A DNA stretch of 61,972 nt, counting the filler, from Circinaria calcarea (taxonomy: Eukaryota): NCBI GenBank assembly GCA_051942165.1. It is 5 parts of 5 records of this genome, joined end to end, with 100 filler letters (N's around TTAATTAATTAA, not from the genome) between each part and the next. Parts side by side here need not be neighbours in the genome. Positions count along the whole stretch, not along the records: positions 12,433 to 24,758 come from JAVECS010000582.1; 4 more parts are not named here. One strand, given 5' to 3'. The position numbers and the translations under genes are program-made. Positions 12,433-21,673 of the stretch are shown here, in pieces. The stretch's first letter is position 1, and every line of letters begins with the position of its first letter. The notes beneath the pieces are model-generated. The model was not told the origin of the DNA and made no database searches. It saw nothing but the letters and a program-made list of their open reading frames with translations.

Positions 12433-14627
12433 ATGTGTGCGTACAGGCTCTTTGGTTCTCATCGGATGTGGGGTCCGTCCATTGGCGCTTAAGGAGTGAC
12501 GCATCGGCCATTCATCTAGCAATATTCTTTGGACTTCGTACATTCGTCCTTCGATTACTCAATGAGGGAGCCGAGGTAATGATCAGCGATTCTTTTGGAT
12601 CAACTCCACTAATGTGGGCCGTCGAGACCGGTGATATTGAGATAGTTAAGTATCTACTAAACGCAGAAGCCCTTCTAAATGCTTGCAACAAGGATGGTGC
12701 CACAGCCCTGCACCTAGCAATCTCCAATAGAAATGAAGAAGTTTGCACGTTACTTATCAATCAGCCAAATCTGGACATCAACGTTCTACAAAAAACAACA
12801 AGCAAATCAGCTCTCATGCTGGCTGTTTTAGCCAATCAACCAGACATTGTCAAGTTATTGGCCAGTCGAGAAGATGTGCAGATTAATGCACAAGATTACA
12901 AAGGCCGAACTGCTCTACATTACGCCGTGACACGAGGGAAGATTATTGTGGAAGTTCTTCTTCAGCATCCTTTCATTACGGTTGACAAGTTGACCGTGGT
13001 TGGCGAAACACCACTCGAATTTGCAGTGTACGATGGTAACTTGGACGTTGTTAAGTGTCTTTTAGATGCAAAAGCAAACTTGGAATGTGGTGCGCCGGGT
13101 ATCGGGACTGTTCTGAACAGAGCCATTGACTATGATAAAGAACATATTGTGCGTGAACTCATCACTCGCAAAGCTGACTCGAATATAAAAGACCAGGGCC
13201 GCCAGTAGTCCAGCAGTCCGAACTGAACTGGCAGTCCAGACTGCAGTCCAGACTGCCAGTTTCAGTCCACCCTTTGGACTGCCAAGGCAGTCACAGTCCA
13301 GCCTCTGGACTGGACTGTTTGGACTACTGGCGGCGCTGTAAAAGACGGCATGGACAGGGGTATTCTACACTCAGGTGCTATTAATGGCAGTTTACGATCG
13401 CTTGAATTTCTTCTTGAGGCGTTGCCTGGAATTGATGTTAATGCTCAAGACATATATGGAAATACCCCAATGCATGATGCCGCAGCTTGTACGAGACGTA
13501 CGGGTACTAGCGTTGTGGAGCTCCTTTTGAAATACAACGCGAAAATTGATATCAAGAATAATCGCGGTATGACACCCATAGACAAGGCAAAAGCGGAAAG
13601 TCTTGAATCAAACCTTCGGATCCTCAAAAAGCATTATGCTATCAGCTATGGAATACCTAACAGAAGTCTGTCAAATTCGCTGGCTGAACAGGTTTCACTT
13701 TTGAAAGCAGTGAAAACAGGTGATGTTGGGATTGTTGATTCAATAATCTTGAAATCAAAACAAGACAAATCCATCGACCTAGACGAGCGGGATGAATGGT
13801 TGGAAAGTACAGCGATGCAACACGCTGCCGACTTGGGGAATCTTCGTATCGTTAAGAAATTGATTGCGGCAGGCGCAAACATTAACACACCAGATAAATA
13901 TGGTCGAACAGCTTTACATATCAGCGTGCTCCGACAGCACCCATTCATCACCCGCTATCTCATACAAGAGAAAGCTGAAATTAATACGAAAGACGTATGG
14001 GGGACAACGCCGCTGGAAGAAGCATACAACGGATCCAGAAGATTGGGAATCGCGACTTATCTCATTTAACATGGCGCTGCTTTGGGCGGTCTAAAAGATG
14101 ATGAAGATCTCACATACCTGCTGCTGTTTGCCGCCCAAGCAGGCAACACAGAGGCCTGCAAGCGCTTGGTCGAGGCTAATGCCAAAGTTCAAGTCAAGGA
14201 TAAATGGGGCTGGTCCCCTTACGAGATAGCGAAGCGAGCCGGGCATCACGAGACTGCAAAGTACTTGGATCGTCTGGGGAGGTCAACATCGCAGCCGTCA
14301 TTGAATCTAGCAACGCCGTCAGAAAGCGCTAGCTCTTTGCCAAGTCTGAAGACGCCTGACTCGTCACCAGATTTATCACCAGACTCGAGCAGATCAACGA
14401 CTGCGAACAAGCGCGTTGGTCATGGTTCTATTAACATCGCGGAGATACCACCGAATGCAAATAACACCAAACTTCTCAGGCCGACTGGCTCATACAGACC
14501 CATCGCGCTGGCCGTTATCATGATCATCTCCTTAGCATTCATCGCGACTTACGGGATCGCCTTCAACCGAGGTACGATAGAAAGGGTTTCAATCTGGGCA
14601 CGACCCGGTTTGCCACGAGAAATTTAA
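12433..14627 (+). pseudogene. Ankyrin-repeat protein (probably the C-terminal sensor part of a NACHT-ANK NLR-like gene) with C-terminal TM helix; disrupted
   Basis: Many ANK repeats (G.TPL/ALH.A); three ORFs in one frame separated by the MITE at 13194-13338 and a TAA at 14067-14069 (LI*HGA); 5' end off-contig. Confidence 0.85.
13194..13338. mobile_element. hAT-type MITE, 145 bp
   Basis: 19-bp TIRs CAGGGCCGCCAGTAGTCCA / TGGACTACTGGCGGCGCTG (1 mismatch); perfect 8-bp TSD TAAAAGAC at 13186-13193 and 13339-13346; internal CAGTCCA/TGGACTG subrepeats. Confidence 0.93.
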
Positions 14628-14706
14628 AAAGGTTGTGATAGGGTTAATCTTTCACCACATTGGGCGTTAGCTCTGATTTTGCCTGGAAGGTCTATTTGGA
14701 AAGCAT

Positions 14707-14812
14707 TAGGGCTTACCGAGTCACGTATTAGATAGACGAGGGTGGCTGCATATTTAGTTTAAATAATTATAAACGTAGTAATATCTTGCATGCTAACACA
14801 TATAATTACTTT
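14707..14812 (+). repeat. Degenerate dispersed repeat, copy 1 (other copy 19710-19860)
   Basis: Exact 20-mer TAGGGCTTACCGAGTCACGT plus downstream shared blocks (at.ttagttta...aatat..tgcatgcta.caca). Confidence 0.65.
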
Positions 14813-15018
14813 GATAAAAGAAACGGGGAAAAAAAGAATTTAAATTATAAGTTTTTTACCACTGCGCCACTGCGCCAGCGAAAAAGCATGCGGAGGTAAT
14901 ACGCGCTGTGCAACCACGCCCTCTTAGACTTTATAGCCTTACATAAATCCTTCTCCGCGGGATTATATAACTACGTGTGGATTTTTGGTTCCTTTAACGA
15001 TTTGAAAAAAGCTTTGTA

Positions 15019-15696
15019 TAAAAACGGAAAAATTTGCAATTCCATACCCCAAAAGTTTTTGAAATTTGGAATTTTATAGCCCAAGTTGCAATTTCATTAC
15101 CCCATCCCCAAATTTCCAAGGGGGGTACCCTAAGGGTCGCTCACTATTGTGAGACAGGGCAGTAGCTTGAAAAGTTCTTCCGGGGCCAAAAATCATTATC
15201 GTAGTTTTTAGTAGGTAGGTGGCTACTATATTGCTGTCGTATTGTGTCAGAGTCGTACTATCCCTTAAACCGTTGCTCAGGCATCATGAACCGTGCGTTT
15301 TTTAGATACAAGCTTAGGATTGGCCAGCTAGGCTGGCACGGATCAGAAGCTAGCCTGTTTAGAAAACGCACGGCTCATGATGCCTGAGCAACGGTTTAAG
15401 GGGTATCGCAATGCTATTATCGCAATATCATTGTGTCGCAATATCATTATATTGCAATGCCATTGACGGCAGTGACATCTGCGATAGTGACCTTTGCGAC
15501 GATAATAATCTCTGCGACAGTCATCTCTGCGATAATAAAGTCTTTTGCGATAATAACAGCGGCCTTCTAGGTAGTAACCGTAATAATAGCTACCTTCTAC
15601 TAATAGAAGGTCAATCATAAAACCTTGGGGATGAGGGTATGAAATTTGTGTATTTCAGGCCTAATAGGGGGATGAAACTGTATATTTCCGTTTTTA
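15019..15696. mobile_element. Degenerate foldback/TIR element hosting a nested MITE
   Basis: TAAAAACGGAAA...atttcattaccccatccccaa on the left mirrored by ttggggatgagggtatgaaat...TTTCCGTTTTTA on the right; internal opposed arrays of TCGCAAT and TGCGAT subrepeats. Confidence 0.65.
15261..15403. mobile_element. Tc1/mariner-type MITE, 143 bp
   Basis: ~44-bp TIRs (CCCCTTAAACCGTTGCTCAGGCATCATGAGCCGTGCGTTTTCTA, 3 transitions) flanked by TA on both sides. Confidence 0.9.
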
Positions 15697-15774
15697 AATT
15701 TTTGATTTATCCAAAATAGATTTGTACTACAGGCGTGATTGTTTATCGTGTAGAAGGTTGAATGGCATCAACGA

Positions 15775-17199
15775 TTAATTCGCCACTTCGTCCGCATCAT
15801 GGAATTCATCGTCCCAGGACTTGAGCTCTGCGAAGTATTCAGGCGAAGCCAGCCCCTTATCGACAGTGACACCTGGGCTGCCGTCGAGTTCTTCGCTAGT
15901 GTAATATTCCAAGGTCAAGCTAGAAGGGGGGGGTGGTTTAACGGGATCTGTAGGCTGTAGCTGATCGGTATTCTCATCAGCATGATTGCCTCCAAAATCC
16001 GGTTCCGACGGGGTGTGGTTTTCGGCCGCTTCCTGGAGGCCAGTTTCCTGAAAGGGGCAGTCGGCTGGACCTTGGTTTGTTCGCTTCAGCAGCAGATACT
16101 CTAACTCCGAACCCAGAGCCGATCTGCTTTCCACACTATCTCTCAACATATCCGCAATCATCTGCTGTTCGAGTCTACCGAGCTCTGCCCTCTTTTCGGC
16201 AAGCTCGATCTGCTGCCTCTCCATTTTCACTTCGAGTAACCTCGTATTTCGCTCCATCTCGTCAATAGTGAGTCTCAGATCCGCTTCGATAACTTGTATG
16301 CAAGCCGCCCTTGTGTCGTCGTTTAGCGCCTCCAATAGAGCTCTGCCGGATTCTAGAAGTCTTATTGTACCTGGCGCTGTTGTTCGTAAACGGTGGACCG
16401 CGGTATGTCGCAGCTGACTGGCCTTCCTGAGCAACCCTTTCCAGGTTTCTTCGGACATTCCGTTTGCGCCGGCCCCTAGAATTTCCGGCCTATGGCTTCT
16501 AAATACCTTCAACCACTCGGTGAGCTCACCACTTTCGGCACATTCCCAGCGCTTCTGGGCCAGGAATTCTGGTAAAGAGACTTTTGCAAATTCAAAACAA
16601 GCTTCTTCTAGGATACCCTGAGCAGTGCAGAGGATCCGATGCTGGGTCCTATATGGTAGATATAGCGGATAAAGCGATTTCGTAGCAAACGTTACACGCT
16701 CCGATATTGTAGCTTGTGGCGTTGGATGGACTTCATCAGAGTGGACACTCTTGACGCTTCGGAGATTACACCTCCCATTGCTATCCTGCCTTGACGCCAC
16801 TATTGATATGCTTGCCTGCTCTTCAACACGGTCTTCAGGCGCTACAATAGCTTCATCCTCTGATGAGATTGCTTCCTCAATCGCCTCGGCTTCGGACCGT
16901 GCAGCCTCCGCTTCTGATTCGGCTCTCTGAGCATTACGAACCGGGGAAACCTGAAACAGATCTGGGAAGCAAATTTCTGCTTTAATCGTGGATCCAAACA
17001 GTCCTTCCTCTAAAAGTTCTTTCGCCACCTCACATATCTCGCCAAACGTATGGCTTAATCGGAGGGACGCAATGATAGGGTTATTCTTTTCAAGGATCTT
17101 TTTTATTTTCTTTGAGTTTCGCAGTTTTGCATTTTCGCCACGAAAGAGATTCAGACAGCATAGGTATACTGCTTGTCTCTGAGGTTTGACCATAGTCAA
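15775..17199 (-). CDS. Uncharacterised fungal protein with coiled coil, ~474 aa
   Basis: Long intact ORF; SLYPLYLPYRTQHRIL...LEEACFEF, W-CAES.ELTEW, LRHTAVHRL block resembles a widespread uncharacterised Pezizomycotina family. Confidence 0.7.
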   Translation of the reverse strand: MTMVKPQRQAVYLCCLNLFRGENAKLRNSKKIKKILEKNNPIIASLRLSHTFGEICEVAKELLEEGLFGSTIKAEICFPDLFQVSPVRNAQRAESEAEAARSEAEAIEEAISSEDEAIVAPEDRVEEQASISIVASRQDSNGRCNLRSVKSVHSDEVHPTPQATISERVTFATKSLYPLYLPYRTQHRILCTAQGILEEACFEFAKVSLPEFLAQKRWECAESGELTEWLKVFRSHRPEILGAGANGMSEETWKGLLRKASQLRHTAVHRLRTTAPGTIRLLESGRALLEALNDDTRAACIQVIEADLRLTIDEMERNTRLLEVKMERQQIELAEKRAELGRLEQQMIADMLRDSVESRSALGSELEYLLLKRTNQGPADCPFQETGLQEAAENHTPSEPDFGGNHADENTDQLQPTDPVKPPPPSSLTLEYYTSEELDGSPGVTVDKGLASPEYFAELKSWDDEFHDADEVAN

Positions 17200-17592
17200 C
17201 GAAGTAGTAATAAGGATGCGTGCCTACAACTTCGATGTGATAGAGTTGAGGTTTAGGTGCCATGTTTGAAAATGGAAGCCAACAAGGCTCGTCTTGCGGG
17301 TGTGGTGAGTCGCAGGATCACGGTTCCCCGCGCTTGTGTTACATGAACAAACAACATGCTTCGCAAGCCTTTTAACCTGAATACTTCGATCTGGACAGCA
17401 TTCTGTCTCTTTGCGTAATTGATGATACACGACGAAGATTTCAATTCGTTAACAACCTACCACGCCTACGGCCACACACCATAGTTATGGTAGTTGGAAG
17501 TTGGAAGTAATCTGTAAACTATAAACTGGAAGACTAAGACCAAACCAAAGTACCCCATTATTCCACCCACCATTCCCATATCCTTTAGGCTA

Positions 17593-18129
17593 TTATAGAC
17601 GAGGAAAAGATTCCGACATGCAGTATTGCAGCGGCTTGCTACGCACTGGGTCATTCCTATCTCTTATTCTTCCGCGTACCACAATGGCCAAACGATCGTG
17701 CTCCCCTGCGGTGGCAAACCCACCTCGTCGTTCCCCATGCGCCACACAAGTCCTCACAATCTCCAATACCCTGGTCCCCACGGTTGCTAATCGTGCCGTG
17801 TCCTCCACGCCGGGCTCATGTATGTCGATGTGAACCGTGCATGTGCCATATTGCCAGGTTCTGGGGACTTTAAAGCCGGCGTAGGGGCTCCGAGAGAAAA
17901 CGATGGGATTGCCGAGGTTTTGGTTGCAATATAATTCGTGTACGGCTTGATAGCAGTCATTCACCCTGATCCCGTCAAGGAAGTTCAACGTCTCGAAACA
18001 TTGAACGGTGTAGCGGGGGAAGAGCCGCGCCGGATGGGTGAGATTCGGGGTTGAGGAGGTTACACCAAGTGGAAAAGCATAAAGGCGTAATAGGGAAGAG
18101 AGGATTAAGAATACAAGATAGCCGTGCAT
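17593..18129 (-). CDS. Small secreted cysteine-containing protein (effector-like), 178 aa
   Basis: Signal peptide MHGYLVFLILSSLLRLYA; C...DC...VP.TW.YGTC.V.ID...I..TCV...GG pattern. Confidence 0.8.
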   Translation of the reverse strand: MHGYLVFLILSSLLRLYAFPLGVTSSTPNLTHPARLFPRYTVQCFETLNFLDGIRVNDCYQAVHELYCNQNLGNPIVFSRSPYAGFKVPRTWQYGTCTVHIDIHEPGVEDTARLATVGTRVLEIVRTCVAHGERRGGFATAGEHDRLAIVVRGRIRDRNDPVRSKPLQYCMSESFPRL

Positions 18130-19327
18130 TGGCGGAACTTAGTTGGTGAACATCCAACCTAATCGGGGGACTGTATCAAAGTAGTCAGTCGGAAAGAATT
18201 AGAGGTAAGTGGGAGTTGAGATAGGTCCATATGTTGTAGCGGTGGGATTTTCATCAAACTTCGCGGGAAGCATAGCAACTTTTAAGTCCTCCAGGTTGCA
18301 AATGACATAAAACGATACTACATTGACCGTCCATCTAAAACATGCTGCATCAGGCAAGGGTTCAGCTTATCGTTCCTTTCGTTTTGTCTAGCTACACAGG
18401 GTTTTGGGTATGAAGAAGCGCACTTGAGAACCGTCAATTTTGTATGCGATTGATTAAGATTATATGAATAAACTTGATGGGAACGAACCTGGAAAGGTTG
18501 GGAATTTACCTGGGTCGTATATCGTTTCACGCGCCGTTTAGAGAGGATCTTGAAACACTCTCTCAAACTTGAAACGTCTACCCGGCTTTTCCCTGCAAGA
18601 AATCCCTGTGGATTACCACAGTAGATCGATCGTACCCTTGAATCTCAGAGACTCAAAGCCAGGCCCAAGCTCCGGAGATCCAAAGTCGGGGCTGGCAAGG
18701 CTGATGTGTGATCGATGCGACGCGCGATAATGCAAAGCCTATCCAGCTAGATAAGTATAGCCAAACCAATAAGACCTTTCAGATATGGTACGCTCACCCG
18801 GCCCATTCCAGATGATAGGATCTGACTACGTGATGGTAGCTCTAAGCTAAAAAGGAGAGGGAAACAGTCTTAAAAGAGAATGAACGTCACAATCAGTAGT
18901 AACCGAAGAGTGAGAAAAAGATTTAGCGGATGCGTAGACCATATTTACAACTTCTCTGACTTCAAAGCCAATATAAACGATGAAGTACTAGAAATCTCTG
19001 CATCTGGCCGACGTATATCTAGACACTCTGTCCTCTGCGGCCTTCCAAACCCAACGACTGTCTGCTCCGCTGTTTTCGAATGTTGTGAATCTCCAGCCTA
19101 TAATCCAAACGTCTATGCTGGAGCGACAATCAAGGGAGATACCGCATTGCATCATGGAGTCGATCATTTTTGCTCTTTCATTGACCCGTACTATAGAATT
19201 AATATAAACACTGTCGCCGGCATCCTACAAGTCCACCATGAACAGACGTAGCGTAGGTTTACCCCTTCACTGCTACTCCAATCTCTTCCGCCATCGTATC
19301 TCCCTTCCTTGTTCTTTTTCCCAGCCC

Positions 19328-19546
19328 TTACGCGGCCGGAGCAGCTCCCTGAACAGGAGCACCGGGGTAGCCTTCTGCAATCAGGACTGCAAGGATCATA
19401 GCGCGAAACCCTTCAAAGAGCTCGGGGGTCGAATCGAGTTCGGCGATGATATTGTTGTAGGTTGTGCCCATTTCCCTAATAAGTTGAATACGTGGAGTAT
19501 ACAGGACATTGATGGTGAAGTCCTTCTCCGCGTTGGTAAATAGCAT
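19328..19546 (-). CDS. Putative small orphan protein, 72 aa
   Basis: ATG in ACCATG context after a CA-rich leader, TATA-like element upstream; no recognisable domain. Confidence 0.35.
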   Translation of the reverse strand: MLFTNAEKDFTINVLYTPRIQLIREMGTTYNNIIAELDSTPELFEGFRAMILAVLIAEGYPGAPVQGAAPAA

Positions 19547-19709
19547 GGTCGTTGGTTGTGTGTGGCTTGGGTTTGGCTTTGGTGTGTGGATGGCGCTCGT
19601 GTTGCAGTTTGTCCGTGTAAATCGCCAGGGTACCTTGGGAGCAACGATGAGTTATCTCGCAAAATAGGGGGCTGGGTGAATGCAGTTTAATATAGGGGAT
19701 TTGTTGGAA

Positions 19710-19860
19710 TAGGGCTTACCGAGTCACGTGTGATCTACGTATTACGCGAGTGTCATGCAACATTTACGCAACCCCATGAACGCACTTTTCACTACCATAT
19801 ATACTTAGTTTAGTAAGTCACCCATATAGCAATATATGCATGCTACCACACTTGCTACTC
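19710..19860 (+). repeat. Degenerate dispersed repeat, copy 2 (see 14707-14812)
   Basis: Exact 20-mer TAGGGCTTACCGAGTCACGT plus downstream similarity. Confidence 0.65.
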
Positions 19861-21673
19861 AACACGTGGAATTGTAATGGCTTTGTTCCTTCCTTGAATA
19901 GGATACAAAGACTATGTTACAATAAATAGGAGGAATGATAGCCTTGAGCAAAAGGACACAAAGACTGTGCCACAAGAGTAGGAGAATGATGGCTTTACGA
20001 ATAGCGCAAGAACAACATACCCACAGTCGTGAAATAGCTCTATTTCTTGTAAATTCAAGCACATAGTGAATTGTAGCTATCTTTGTGAAGGGGTTTGCTT
20101 GGATTCACCAACTGAGGCATTCCGTACTTCATCTTTTGATAATGACCCCCCACATGTATTCGGGTCCAGACATAACATCTCAATGGGGAGTGCACACTTC
20201 TCACCACCTAATTGGCCATGATCCGCTAGACTCCTACGTTGAATTCATCGGGAAATGAAGAAGAGGTGATGGACCAGCAAATTTCGAGTAAGGGAACACC
20301 ACGCATTATACGCTGGACTCTGAACTGTTGCCTGGCCTTGACGCTGAAGTTGAAACAGAAGCGATAGAAGGGGTTACAGCTGATTGTTGATTGCGCTCGC
20401 TAATCCTCTCCATTTTCCCCAATTAACCAAGCGTTAATGATCTGAGGACTTTACCTCAAGCAGCATCGTCTCTCTCAGGAGCGATTTAATAAGCCTATCG
20501 AACAGTGGAGTATTCCTCATAATGAAATGGAGGACATTCTTGAAGGAAAAGACTATCTACTGACCAGGAGGTTGATACAGTACGCCAGCGAACGTAACGA
20601 CAGAATTCGTAACAAGTGAGTCTACTCACCAATCGATGGTTTCACAGAGAGCCTTTATCGGAAAGATAGACCATATGCATGGTATAGAGAATCATCCTGG
20701 TGAGGACACAAACCACGTCTCCAACTCACTAGTATACACCTTTCTCGCGAGCGCTTCATCGAAGTTCCTCGGCTTCTATAACACAATCCGGAGAATTGAC
20801 TTGAGTATATGGACCGGGAAAAGAGTTTGGAAGATTAGAAGAGATACGTAGGGGAGGCTGAAGTCAAGATGGTCTAGAAAGAACTTAAAGCCGTAGTCGG
20901 GGCTTATCGTTAAAAGATGCTCGAGATACATCATAGGAGGGAGTTTATATATGAGACTAGCGGCCTCCATCTACTCCTCTGGAGTACTTCTATGGTCTTA
21001 AAAGTCAGCTTGTTTTTTACATTGAAAAGGAAAATGGGATTTTATATCTATCTCCCCCAGGTTCGCTTCTATGACTGGCATTAGAGTCAGTCAGTTCATT
21101 ACATTAATGCAGAGATTAAACCCTCCACACCAGGTTTTGATGATAATCAATTTCTTCTATATGGCAAATAGCAGAAGCAAAGCACGCTTCAATCGTTTTG
21201 CTCTTAGTGCTTTAATTTTCGTCGTGAGTCAAAAAGCGTAGACTTATTAGTACTTATCGGAACTTGGAGGATATAGACCCTTGTGTTGACCAGCCACATT
21301 TTTTTCATGTGCTAGTAGTTGCCCCGTAGAGCCTCGATATCATGCCCAAAATGGTCGAAACAATTCGTAACTCTTCGCTTAATAAAGTTTTCTTACAACT
21401 CTTGCGTTGCCAAACATTTACCACTTTGACTCTGCAAGATAGCACAGCTCTTGAAGAAAGTGCAGTCGTCGGCATCCCGAGTGCATAGCTGTTCACTACT
21501 CTGTGGCCTCCAAGATAAGACCCGTCTATTGGATCTTTTACAACACCACCTACTCAGGACTTCATCCTGCAACCACCAATTAACGCGAGATCTTCAATCG
21601 ACTCCCTTCCTTAGGGCTTCGCACCTAAGCATAACGAGCAAAACTCTCGTCTCATCACATTTGGCAAGGTAAT

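Noticed and set aside
13194..15560. CRISPR-like short repeat arrays
   Set aside because: Eukaryotic DNA, no constant repeat-spacer period, no cas genes; explained by TIR-element subrepeats.
15343..15620. Cys/Asp- and Tyr/Arg-rich small ORFs
   Set aside because: Translations of the foldback element's subrepeats.
20150..21000. Possible gene relic (exon-like stretch ending in GTGAGT at ~20616)
   Set aside because: No recognisable family and multiple stops; cannot be supported without a search.
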